Of a stretch of 25,516 nucleotides of DNA, positions 7,329 to 15,681 are shown piece by piece (within the stretch, counting starts at the first letter, position 1; every line of letters begins with the position of its first letter). Below the pieces are notes generated by a model. It saw only the letters and a program-made list of their open reading frames with translations. It was not told the origin of the DNA and did not search any database. The translations under genes and the position numbers were made by a program. Source of the stretch: a virus (Duplodnaviria > Heunggongvirae > Uroviricota > Caudoviricetes); the IMG/VR virus record IMGVR_UViG_2671180439_000001, one strand, 5' to 3'.

Positions 7329-8735
7329 ATGGCTGATATATCAACACCCAACCTCGACTATAACGATATGCTGGAGGCGTGGGATATTAACGACGCACTG
7401 ATGGGCGGTACGCTTGAAATGCGCAGGCAGGGGGAAAATTATCTCCCAAAATGGCCTAACGAAGATGAAGACGCTTATAAAAAACGCCTGTCTGTGGCTA
7501 CGCTACTTCCTGTGTATGAAGAAAGCATTAAGCAAAATATTGGACGCATATTTGCAGAGCCGACAGTATTGAGTGAGGAAACGCCGGAAAAAATCAGGGA
7601 ATATGCAGAAAATATCGACATGGAGGGGAGCCGACTGGATGTGTGGGCGCAGCAATTTTTCAGCCTCGCATTTCAGTATGGTGTGGCACATGCGCTGGTG
7701 GACTATCCACGAACGGATATGAAGGAGATCCGGACAAAAGCCGATGAAAATGCGGCTGGTGGTCGCCCATACGTTACGATGCTGAATCCACGCCAGGTTA
7801 TTGGATGGAAATCGAAAGTTGAAAAAGGGAAAGTTGTTCTTACTGATTTGCGTATAAAAGAGGTCATCATTGTTGATGGTGATGATTTCGGGCAGAAGAA
7901 GGTGGAGCAGATCCGCCATATTATGCCCCGTTGCGTTGAAATTTATCGACGCAGCGAAGGTACTAATGGCGAATCTGTCTGGACGCTTCACGAGTCATGG
8001 AATACCAGCCGTGATGATATTCCTCTGGTAACACTGTATACGAAGAAAACAGGGTTTATGCGTGGTACACCGCCATTGCTTAATCTTGGCTTGCTGAATA
8101 TCAAGCACTGGCAAAGCCAGAGCGAGCAGGACAATATTCTTCATGTTGCCCGCGTCCCATTGCTGGTGGCCTACGGGCTGGACAGGAATGAAGAACTGAC
8201 GGTTGGTGCATCCACCGCTACGATTTTTGAGGACAGAACAAAAAATGGCCTCGAATATGTTGAACATAGTGGGGCAGCGATAGAATCTGGCGAAACATCA
8301 CTGGAGAAGCTGGAAAATCAAATGCGTCATGCCGGCGCTAAACTTCTGCGGGCTGAAAATACATCCACCAAATCTGTTGATCAGACTAATGAAGAGCGGA
8401 TGCAGGAAAACTCGCCGCTTTATACAATGGCGAACTCCCTCGAAGATGCCCTCGATAATATTCTCCAGATAATGGCGGAATGGATCGGAGAGAGTTGCGG
8501 CGGCAATGTGGATGTGCGCACTGAACTGGATGTATCTGCCCAGGTGTTTGACTCATCCTCCGCGCTGGCTGTTCAGTCATTGCGTCAGGGCGGTGATATA
8601 CGTCAGATTGATGCGGTTCGGGTGTTGCAGGCGTTGAAATTTATCGATCAGGATTCCCGTCCAGAGGAAGTGATCGATGAATTAAACAATCAGAGTGTAA
8701 TGCTGATGGAAATCAATGATGCAAACCGTGAATGA
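7329..8735 (+). CDS. Portal protein (putative)
   Basis: 468-aa ORF immediately after the large terminase (2-nt gap) and before the head morphogenesis gene. Call rests on size and conserved gene order, not on a recognised motif. Confidence 0.7.
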   Translation: MADISTPNLDYNDMLEAWDINDALMGGTLEMRRQGENYLPKWPNEDEDAYKKRLSVATLLPVYEESIKQNIGRIFAEPTVLSEETPEKIREYAENIDMEGSRLDVWAQQFFSLAFQYGVAHALVDYPRTDMKEIRTKADENAAGGRPYVTMLNPRQVIGWKSKVEKGKVVLTDLRIKEVIIVDGDDFGQKKVEQIRHIMPRCVEIYRRSEGTNGESVWTLHESWNTSRDDIPLVTLYTKKTGFMRGTPPLLNLGLLNIKHWQSQSEQDNILHVARVPLLVAYGLDRNEELTVGASTATIFEDRTKNGLEYVEHSGAAIESGETSLEKLENQMRHAGAKLLRAENTSTKSVDQTNEERMQENSPLYTMANSLEDALDNILQIMAEWIGESCGGNVDVRTELDVSAQVFDSSSALAVQSLRQGGDIRQIDAVRVLQALKFIDQDSRPEEVIDELNNQSVMLMEINDANRE

Positions 8736-9831
8736 ACGGCTGCGTGATGAATCAATTGCTCATGCAGTCTGGATATCTCGCTATAGCACTGGTGTGGCTG
8801 CCAGAATGGTGAAAACACTGAATGACAGCGATGCGGAGCTTACAGCTCGCCTGTTGGTGGCACTGGACAGCCTCGATCCAAGTAGTTTCACCGTTACGCG
8901 CCTGGAGTCACTTCTGGCGAGTGTCAGAGAGGTTAACCGCGCTGCTATTAACAGCATGTTTACCAGTCTCTCCGGAGAGCTGAACGAGCTGGCAGTTTAT
9001 GAGGCTGGTTATCAGTTAAGTCTGTTTGATTCTCTGCTACCTGATTTTGTTGCTGATGTTCATCCTCTGGTTGGTATCTCACCTGATGCACTTTATGCTG
9101 CTGCAATGGCGCGACCATTCCAGGGACGACTGCTCAGTGAGTGGGCCTCAGATCTTGAGGCGGATCGGCTCAGACGCATAACAAATACGGTGCGTCAGGG
9201 TTTTTTGTTGGGGGATACCAATGAGCAGATCGCAAGAAAAATTCGGGGACATGTCAGTAAGGGATTTCAGGATGGTGCATTGCAGATGAGTCGGGCTAAT
9301 GCGGCCAGCATTGCAAAAACAGCGGTTGGACATCTTGCTGCTACTGCCCGTGAGAGTTTTGCCAGCGCGAATAATGATTTGATTAAGGGTAAGCAATGGT
9401 TATCAACGCTTGATAATCGTACTACGCCACAATGTCGAATCAGGGATCGCCTCAAATATACGCTGGATAATAAACCTGTAGGTCACAGCGTGCCTTATTT
9501 ACAGGGGCCGGGGAAAATTCATTTCTGCTGTCGCTCAACGGAAACGTTCATTCTGAAATCAGCGAAGGAACTGGGTATTGATGTTCGTGATATTTCCCCG
9601 GCTGAGCGGGCCAGCATGGATGGCGTGGTGGCCGGAGATACAACCTACAGGGAATGGTTTTTGCGTCAGCCTTACACCAGACAAAAACAGATTGTGGGGG
9701 AAACCCGGGCAAAGCTGATTCGGGATGGCGGTATGTCGCCAGATGAATTTTACACCGATAAAGGCGAATGGCTGACGCTGAAGCAACTCCGTGAGCGTGA
9801 TGCACAGGTATTCAGAAAAGCAGGGATTTAA
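8716..9831 (+). CDS. Head morphogenesis protein (SPP1 gp7 / Mu F-like minor head protein)
   Basis: 371-aa ORF overlapping the portal stop. Contains the TTPQCR motif region typical of gp7/F-like minor head proteins, in the expected position after the portal. Confidence 0.72.
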   Translation: MMQTVNERLRDESIAHAVWISRYSTGVAARMVKTLNDSDAELTARLLVALDSLDPSSFTVTRLESLLASVREVNRAAINSMFTSLSGELNELAVYEAGYQLSLFDSLLPDFVADVHPLVGISPDALYAAAMARPFQGRLLSEWASDLEADRLRRITNTVRQGFLLGDTNEQIARKIRGHVSKGFQDGALQMSRANAASIAKTAVGHLAATARESFASANNDLIKGKQWLSTLDNRTTPQCRIRDRLKYTLDNKPVGHSVPYLQGPGKIHFCCRSTETFILKSAKELGIDVRDISPAERASMDGVVAGDTTYREWFLRQPYTRQKQIVGETRAKLIRDGGMSPDEFYTDKGEWLTLKQLRERDAQVFRKAGI

Positions 9832-9850
9832 ATAAATCATTTATTACAAC

Positions 9851-9877
9851 AGGCTACCTTCGGGTGGCCTTTTTTAT
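9851..9877 (+). terminator. Rho-independent terminator after the head morphogenesis gene
   Basis: AGGCTACC-TTCG-GGTGGCCT: 8-bp stem with one G-U pair, tetraloop, then TTTTTTATT. Confidence 0.6.
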
Positions 9878-9935
9878 TGCTGCGATCCGGATGGTGAGCA
9901 GCGTAACTGTCGGAAGACTTAAACCAGGTACTAAT

Positions 9936-10700
9936 ATGAAACTGAAAACTGTCGAGATTAACGGAAAACAATACGCAGAAATTGATACTGCTGGCCTGCC
10001 AGTTTATGTGCACGACGATGGTAAAGAAATCGGCTTCGATGCACCGCTGGCGATAAAAAAAATTACAGAGCTTAATGGCGAGGCAAAAAATCATCGCCTG
10101 GCTAAAGAAGCTGCAGAGGAAAAACTGGCTAAGTTTGCCGCTATCGAAGACCCGAAGAAGGCGATCGAGGCACTGGAAATGCTGTCAAAAATCGACCAGA
10201 AAAAGCTGATCGATGCGGGACAGGTTGACCAGGTTAAGGCAGAAATTACGAAAAATTTTCAGCAGCAATTAGATGAAGAAAAGCAACGCTCTCAGATGCT
10301 GGAGACGCAACTTTACGATTCTATGATTGGCGGTAGTTTTGCGGGTTCAAAATATATTGCCGATAAAATTGCGATCCCGGCAGATTTATTACAAGCCCGC
10401 TTCGGGCAGGCATTCAAAGTGGAAGAAGGGAAGATCGTTGCTTATGACGCTTCCGGCAACAAAATTTATTCCCGCGCGAAGCCTGGCGAACTGGCGCAGT
10501 TTGATGAGGCGCTGGAGTTCCTCGTCGAAAATTACCCTCAGAAAGACTACATCCTGAAAGCCAGTGGCAACAATGGCGGCGGCTCCCGTCCGACACAGCA
10601 TGATATTGGTCAGAAAACGATGAAACGCTCTGCTTTTGATGCACTGGATGTTGCAGGTAAGCAAAACGCATTGAAAGACGGTATCACAATTGTTGATTAA
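9936..10700 (+). CDS. Scaffolding protein (putative)
   Basis: Start taken at ATG 9936 (MKLKTVEING...), downstream of the terminator; the ORF-track start 9864 overlaps the terminator hairpin. Acidic, helical, K/E/A-rich protein located between the head morphogenesis and capsid genes. Confidence 0.6.
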   Translation: MKLKTVEINGKQYAEIDTAGLPVYVHDDGKEIGFDAPLAIKKITELNGEAKNHRLAKEAAEEKLAKFAAIEDPKKAIEALEMLSKIDQKKLIDAGQVDQVKAEITKNFQQQLDEEKQRSQMLETQLYDSMIGGSFAGSKYIADKIAIPADLLQARFGQAFKVEEGKIVAYDASGNKIYSRAKPGELAQFDEALEFLVENYPQKDYILKASGNNGGGSRPTQHDIGQKTMKRSAFDALDVAGKQNALKDGITIVD

Positions 10701-10798
10701 CACATTTGTCAGCTTCCGGATGGGAGCTGGTGTCAGGGCTGGATAGCTCATTACTCCATCTATTCACAATTACGCAAATTTTTAAGGAATATTTAATT

Positions 10799-11938
10799 AT
10801 GGCTGGAAATACCCTGACCGGGTTGATCCCGACTATTTACACCGCCCTGGATGTTGTATCCCGTGAGCAGGTAGGTTTTATCCCTGCGGTAGCAAAAAAC
10901 GCAAAAGCTGACGCCGCAGCAAAAGATCAGACGGTAACCGCGTCAGTTGCGCCTGAGGCGAAAACCGAAGATATCGTACCGGGGCCGTCAGCTCCGAATA
11001 CCGGTGATCAAAATATTGGCACTGTTGATGTAAAAATTACTAAATCCAAAATGGCGCCGGTTAAATGGAATGGTGAAGAACAACTGGCTCTTGGCCCTTC
11101 AGGGACTTACAACACCATTCTGGCTGATCAGTTCAAGCAGGCTTTTCGCGCCCTTGCAAACGAGGTTGAGGCTGATCTTGGTGCGTTGTATTTCGGTGCT
11201 TCCCGCGCCGTGGGAACCGCAGGGACAACGCCGTTTGGTGTTAAAGATGATCTTTCTGATGCTGCTCTGGCTCGTCAGGTTCTGGAGGATAACGGCGCAC
11301 CGACAACAGATCTGCAGATGGTGCTTGGCTCCAGTGCCATTGCTAATTTGCGCGGAAAACAGTCTGTACTGTTTAAAGTGAATGAATCCGGCACTGAACA
11401 GCTACTGCGTGAGGGCGTGTTGGGGCGTCTGGAGGGATTCAATATTCACAGTTCGGCAGGTGTAAAACGAGCGCCAAAGGTTGCTGCAACTGGTTATCTC
11501 GTGAATGGCGAGAAAAAAGAAGGCGATGTTCTTATTTCCATTGATACTGGTTCGGGGAGTATTTCTGCAGGTCAGATTGTTACGTTCGCTGGCGATCCGA
11601 ATCAGTATGTTGTGGCAGCAGCGACCAGCAATCTGATTACTCTTGCAGCGCCCGGACTGCGTCAGGATCTGGCCGATGATACTGCAATCACAGTTGTTGG
11701 CTCCTTTACTGCAAATATGGCGTTTGATCGCAACGCGTTTCTGCTGGCATCCCGTACTCCGGCAATGCCGGAAGGTGGCGATAATGCTGATGATGTAATG
11801 AATGTTACGGACCCGATTTCAGGGATTACGTTCCAGATTGCACTGTATCGTCAGTATCGCCAGGTGCGCTATGAAGTTGGACTGGCATGGGGTGTTTCAT
11901 CAGTGAAGCCGGCACATGGTTGTCTGATTCTTGGTTAA
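10799..11938 (+). CDS. Major capsid protein (putative)
   Basis: 379-aa ORF from ATG 10799 with an AAGGA Shine-Dalgarno; follows the scaffold gene and is followed by a terminator. The ORF-track TTG start at 10706 is unlikely. Assignment by position and size. Confidence 0.68.
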   Translation: MAGNTLTGLIPTIYTALDVVSREQVGFIPAVAKNAKADAAAKDQTVTASVAPEAKTEDIVPGPSAPNTGDQNIGTVDVKITKSKMAPVKWNGEEQLALGPSGTYNTILADQFKQAFRALANEVEADLGALYFGASRAVGTAGTTPFGVKDDLSDAALARQVLEDNGAPTTDLQMVLGSSAIANLRGKQSVLFKVNESGTEQLLREGVLGRLEGFNIHSSAGVKRAPKVAATGYLVNGEKKEGDVLISIDTGSGSISAGQIVTFAGDPNQYVVAAATSNLITLAAPGLRQDLADDTAITVVGSFTANMAFDRNAFLLASRTPAMPEGGDNADDVMNVTDPISGITFQIALYRQYRQVRYEVGLAWGVSSVKPAHGCLILG

Positions 11939-11948
11939 ACATTCAAAC

Positions 11949-11968
11949 GGGGCTTCGGCCCCATTTTT
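11949..11968 (+). terminator. Rho-independent terminator after the capsid gene
   Basis: GGGGC-TTCG-GCCCC stem-loop followed by ATTTTT, 11 nt after the capsid stop codon. Confidence 0.6.
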
Positions 11969-11980
11969 AATGGAGGGCAT

Positions 11981-12157
11981 ATGGCCGGATTAACTAAAGA
12001 GCAAAGAGCACAGCGTGAAGCCGCACAAAAAACGCAAATTGAGTTAGTGGTTATGGTGACCGATTATCAGATGTTTCCCGGCGCACCAACTATCGCTAAT
12101 GTTCATCCTGATGAAGTTGACAACTGGAAGGCTCTGGGCTGGAAAACTCAGGAGTAA
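11981..12157 (+). CDS. Small hypothetical protein (58 aa), absent from the ORF track
   Basis: ATG 11981 preceded by a GGAGGG Shine-Dalgarno (11972-11977). Translation MAGLTKEQRAQREAAQKTQIELVVMVTDYQMFPGAPTIANVHPDEVDNWKALGWKTQE; stop at 12155-12157, 3 nt before the next gene. Fills the gap between the capsid terminator and the next gene. Confidence 0.4.
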   Translation: MAGLTKEQRAQREAAQKTQIELVVMVTDYQMFPGAPTIANVHPDEVDNWKALGWKTQE

Positions 12158-12160
12158 CAC

Positions 12161-12556
12161 ATGATCACTTACGTGACCTGTGATGACGTTGATAATGCGT
12201 TTGGGAACGCCTGGACGAGTGAGAACGCTAAAAATAAAGCTGTTTTAATGGCTAATGCCTGGCTTAATGGCTTCAGCCTGAAAATTAACCCATCCCGTAT
12301 TCCGGAAGAGGTAAAACTTGCGGGAGCATATGCAGCCAGAATTGCCTCTGTCGGTAAGTTGTTTCAGCAGAAAAATGATTCAGGCGTTGTTATCAGTAAA
12401 GCCGTGTCGGCTGACGGGGTCAGTGTATCGAAATCATTTGCTGAATTGCCAGCAAACAGCACTGCATTGCTTGAACCCGATTTACAGCTTGCGATAGCAC
12501 TGCTGAAACCGTACGGACTTAGTCGCTCACAAGTCAGGGTTGTGAGGGGGGGATGA
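12161..12556 (+). CDS. Putative head-tail connector / head completion protein
   Basis: 131-aa ORF, first of four tightly packed ~130-aa genes between the capsid and major tail genes. Assignment by position only. Confidence 0.4.
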   Translation: MITYVTCDDVDNAFGNAWTSENAKNKAVLMANAWLNGFSLKINPSRIPEEVKLAGAYAARIASVGKLFQQKNDSGVVISKAVSADGVSVSKSFAELPANSTALLEPDLQLAIALLKPYGLSRSQVRVVRGG

Positions 12557-12939
12557 TGGGGGTTCGTGAAGAGATTCAGTCAGAGGTTGCCGCTGCTTTT
12601 GATGAGGATTTAGCAGACGTCGTGAGTGATTTTTCTGGTTCTTACGTTACGTACCGGAACTGGGATCCTGTGACTGAAACTGGCGGTGAATCCACAGCAA
12701 CCTATACCGGGCGAGGCGTGTTGACGCGTTATAAGCTGGGCAGAATTGATGGGATTAATATTTTGCATGGTGACCTTAAATTAACTGCTCTGGTATGCGA
12801 GGTTACGGATAAACCCGCTGTCGGTCATATTATTGAGATTTATGATTCTGTATCAAGGCAGTTGCAACGATACGAGGTAATTACAGCGAGTGTAGATCCT
12901 TCCGCATCAGTTTACTCAATCCAGTTAAGGAGAGCGTAA
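12553..12939 (+). CDS. Putative head-tail adaptor / head closure protein
   Basis: 128-aa ORF overlapping the previous stop by 4 nt (ATGA). Assignment by position only. Confidence 0.4.
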   Translation: MMGVREEIQSEVAAAFDEDLADVVSDFSGSYVTYRNWDPVTETGGESTATYTGRGVLTRYKLGRIDGINILHGDLKLTALVCEVTDKPAVGHIIEIYDSVSRQLQRYEVITASVDPSASVYSIQLRRA

Positions 12940-13320
12940 ATGGCAAAGGCATGGGATATCGAACCGTCAATATTTGCCGGGATGATTGAGGAAGATGTGG
13001 GGCTGAAAATTCGCTACATCGCTATTCAGATTCTTACTGCTATTGATATTGCTGCTCCGGTTGATACCGGGCGTTTCAGAAATAACAACATGGTGTCGTT
13101 ACAGTATCCCGATTTTGGTATATCTGATAACGTGGATCCGAACGGTACGATTGCGGTTCAGCGTGGGATCGGAGTTATTTCGAAAGCTGCAAATTACGGA
13201 ATTATTTATATCCAGAATAACCTTCCTTATGCAGAGGCTCTTGAAAACGGTCATTCACAACAAGCGCCAACTGGCGTGTATGCCAACGCTTTTAATGGTG
13301 TTTTACAGGCTTACAAATGA
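12940..13320 (+). CDS. Putative tail component, HK97 gp10-like
   Basis: 126-aa ORF. Motifs PVDTGRFRNN and NNLPYAEALENGHS resemble the HK97 gp10 family as I recall it. Confidence 0.45.
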   Translation: MAKAWDIEPSIFAGMIEEDVGLKIRYIAIQILTAIDIAAPVDTGRFRNNNMVSLQYPDFGISDNVDPNGTIAVQRGIGVISKAANYGIIYIQNNLPYAEALENGHSQQAPTGVYANAFNGVLQAYK

Positions 13321-13709
13321 CGTTTACTGAAATCAGAAATACGGTCATTTCCAGAATGACGGCACAGACGGTTATTGATGGAAAAGACGTATTGTATCCG
13401 AACGGGCCAACGTTCGATCCTTCCGGTAAGTTAATCTGGGCGCGTTTAAGTAATATTCCCGGGCAGGCTGGAGTTAATGAAATTGGCGCGGGGCCGGTTG
13501 TTTATCGCACGGGGATAATCATTATTCAGTTATTTGTCCCCGCAGGTTCTGGTTCAAAACTCATTACTGAGACAGCCGATAAATTGCGGGAACTGTTTGA
13601 GTTTCAGGATGACGATCGTCTCAGTTACCAGGTTGTTTCCTCAATAGCCGTTGGCGAAAAGAATGGCTGGTTCCAGCTTAATCTTCAAATTCCATATCGC
13701 GCGCTCTAG
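13317..13709 (+). CDS. Putative tail completion / tail terminator protein
   Basis: 130-aa ORF overlapping the previous stop by 4 nt, immediately upstream of the major tail gene. Assignment by position only. Confidence 0.4.
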   Translation: MTFTEIRNTVISRMTAQTVIDGKDVLYPNGPTFDPSGKLIWARLSNIPGQAGVNEIGAGPVVYRTGIIIIQLFVPAGSGSKLITETADKLRELFEFQDDDRLSYQVVSSIAVGEKNGWFQLNLQIPYRAL

Positions 13710-13735
13710 CGCAATTAATGACATAGGAGGCTCCT

Positions 13736-14698
13736 GTGAGTTCAGGTGCAAAGGTTATCTCGGCATTTATCCGGGAGACGGTTGCAGGCACTACGCCAGC
13801 AAGTGGTGACTGGAGTTTATTAAAACGCACAAGCTGGGGAGTAAAACCCACCCAGAATAAAAGCGAAAATAATGAGATTGGTGGCTCCCGGATGGCTCAG
13901 GGGGCGACGCCTGGCACTGTGGATGTCGGCGGTGATGTTGGTACCAAATTTCGCTGGGGTCAACATGATGATTTTCTTGCATCCTGTTTCGGCGCGGAAT
14001 GGTCAGGCGATTCTCTGACAATGGGGAATGAGCGAATAACATTTTCTCTGGCGACCTATGCGTCCGATGTCGGAATTGCCTCTGTCGTCAGAGGAGCACA
14101 GGTTGGCTCATGGAAAATGCAGATCCCTAACGACGGCGATATTACAGCGACCGTAACCTTTGCCGGACTGGACTGGGAATCAAAGGCCGATGATACGAAT
14201 TTTATCAAAGGCGAACCTGTGGATAGTGCAGGAAAGCTACGTTATTCGTTTAAGGAGGTTTCAGCAGTAAGCCTGAATGGTGTTGCCGGAGGTAACGGTT
14301 TTTGTATCGACAGTTTTGATATTCAGTTCGATAACAAACTCCAGACACAGCGTTGTATCGGGACTGGCTCGCCTTATGCAGGAGCAAATATTCCGACTAC
14401 TTTTACACCGTCCGGTACGGTGACGCTTTCATGGTCTAAAGCCGCGTGGGAAATCTGGAGTAAAACACTGACTGGAGAAACAGTTCCGTTCAGCTTCACG
14501 CTTTCGAATGGAGAGGGGGCATACACTTTCAGTTTCCCGAAGGTTCAGGTGTCAGGTGAATGGCCTGATGGGGGTAATAGCGACATTATCCAGGTTCAAT
14601 TGAGCATTACCGCAGCAGATGAAACACCTACGATAACCAGAAAAAAAAATTCCCCGGCTGCCGTGATCGCAAAAGCCAGTGCTGAGGCGATTAGTTGA
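13736..14698 (+). CDS. Major tail (tube) protein, probably with a C-terminal Ig-like extension
   Basis: 320-aa ORF with GTG start 13736 and a strong AGGAGG Shine-Dalgarno (13725-13730). Sits before the chaperone/tape-measure genes; Ser/Thr/Gly-rich beta-like C-terminus. Confidence 0.6.
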   Translation: MSSGAKVISAFIRETVAGTTPASGDWSLLKRTSWGVKPTQNKSENNEIGGSRMAQGATPGTVDVGGDVGTKFRWGQHDDFLASCFGAEWSGDSLTMGNERITFSLATYASDVGIASVVRGAQVGSWKMQIPNDGDITATVTFAGLDWESKADDTNFIKGEPVDSAGKLRYSFKEVSAVSLNGVAGGNGFCIDSFDIQFDNKLQTQRCIGTGSPYAGANIPTTFTPSGTVTLSWSKAAWEIWSKTLTGETVPFSFTLSNGEGAYTFSFPKVQVSGEWPDGGNSDIIQVQLSITAADETPTITRKKNSPAAVIAKASAEAIS

Positions 14699-14746
14699 TT
14701 TTCCGTTATTCCTCCTGTGGTACTGCCCTACAGGGGGACGCATTGA

Positions 14747-15208
14747 ATGAGGTTATGGATGTTTATTCTTAATCAGAAAATTATCATTGGTGGAGAACGC
14801 TGGTTTACGCCAATGAAGGACTTAAAACCTGTAGACGGGTTAAAACTGTTGGTGGCAAGCAGCGATAACGATCAGTATCGCTCCCGTAATGCATTAATCC
14901 GTCGCCACATTGAGAAAATGGATGCCAGTTTGCACGTCGGAACGAAGGAGTTTGATATTTCAAAGGTTTCCGAGGTGGATTCTGTTGATGATTTACTCAT
15001 TGATAATGCCGCTCGTTATCTGCTGAAAGACTGGAAAGGGGTTGGTGAACTGGTTAATGGTGTTGAGGTTGCACTGGAATATACGGCAGAACGAGGGATC
15101 GCGCTGCTTAAGCAGAATCCAGAGTTGTACTGGCAGATCCTTGCAGAAGCAGCCAGCATCGCCCAGGGTAAAGAGCAGCAGAAGCAGGATACGATAAAAA
15201 AGCCATAG
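14747..15208 (+). CDS. Tail assembly chaperone (lambda G-like), zero-frame product
   Basis: 153-aa acidic ORF immediately upstream of the tape measure gene; AGGGGGA Shine-Dalgarno upstream; ends 4 nt after an A_AAA_AAG slippery heptamer. Confidence 0.6.
   Translation: MRLWMFILNQKIIIGGERWFTPMKDLKPVDGLKLLVASSDNDQYRSRNALIRRHIEKMDASLHVGTKEFDISKVSEVDSVDDLLIDNAARYLLKDWKGVGELVNGVEVALEYTAERGIALLKQNPELYWQILAEAASIAQGKEQQKQDTIKKP
15196..15202 (+). other. Programmed -1 ribosomal frameshift slippery heptamer A_AAA_AAG (tail assembly chaperone G/GT-type)
   Basis: In the chaperone reading frame the codons are AAA (15197-15199) and AAG (15200-15202), preceded by A at 15196. The -1 frame is open from here to 15516. 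Confidence 0.6.
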
Positions 15209-15516
15209 CTGCCCAGCGGTGGTTATCGGAGTTCGGGGGAGAAAGGGGGGAAAAGGCAAGATGGAAGCGAGAAAAACTCAGGTTGCCACCGATACCGGAA
15301 CCAGAAATAGACCCGGTGCTTAAGGAGTTGTTGTACGCCTATTCGGTAATATCCCGTGCCCGACGTTATGCTGGAATGGCTGGGGTGCCTTTGCCTTTAT
15401 CTCTGACAGAGATAAATGAATATTTAGCCACTCATCCGGTATTGATTGAGCGCGATGAATTTGAAGCAGTGATCTTTGCACTGGATGACCAGTATTTTCA
15501 GGAGCAGTGTGTGTAG
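15202..15516 (+). CDS. Tail assembly chaperone C-terminal extension (lambda T-like segment), expected only as a fusion via -1 frameshift
   Basis: The -1 frame continues without stops from the slippery site into the 77-aa ORF-track entry 15283-15516, which has only a TTG start and no Shine-Dalgarno of its own. Confidence 0.55.
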   Translation, partial: AIAAQRWLSEFGGERGEKARWKREKLRLPPIPEPEIDPVLKELLYAYSVISRARRYAGMAGVPLPLSLTEINEYLATHPVLIERDEFEAVIFALDDQYFQEQCV

Positions 15517-15636
15517 TTGTTAATTACGTACACTCTGTTACAGAGATGTGATGGTGTCTTTAATTAAATCGATGATGCTCCTGGAGAAAAGCATTGCGTG
15601 GCCTCGTAATCGCTATATCTACTATTATGTCGCCTG

Positions 15637-15662
15637 AAACCCACTTCGCGGTGGGTTTTTTG
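15637..15662 (+). terminator. Hairpin plus T-tract (terminator/attenuator) in the gap before the tape measure gene
   Basis: AAACCCAC-TTCGCG-GTGGGTTT stem-loop followed by TTTGTTG, 20 nt upstream of the tape measure start codon. Confidence 0.5.
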
Positions 15663-15681
15663 TTGTCAGGAGTTTTAATAA

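Noticed and set aside
2176-8170. Several Chi octamers (GCTGGTGG) on the + strand, for example near 2176, 5853, 7694, 7756 and 8163
   Set aside because: Roughly five sites in 25 kb is not obviously above the usual density for E. coli-like DNA. No claim made without a proper count against background.
10706-10798. TTG-initiated N-terminal extension of the capsid gene (and similarly 9864-9935 for the scaffold gene)
   Set aside because: Both extensions lack ribosome binding sites. The scaffold extension overlaps a terminator hairpin, and the downstream ATGs have Shine-Dalgarno sequences.
15551-15640. 29-codon ORF in the gap before the tape measure gene
   Set aside because: No convincing ribosome binding site and very short; more likely part of a non-coding regulatory gap. 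See the finding on that gap.
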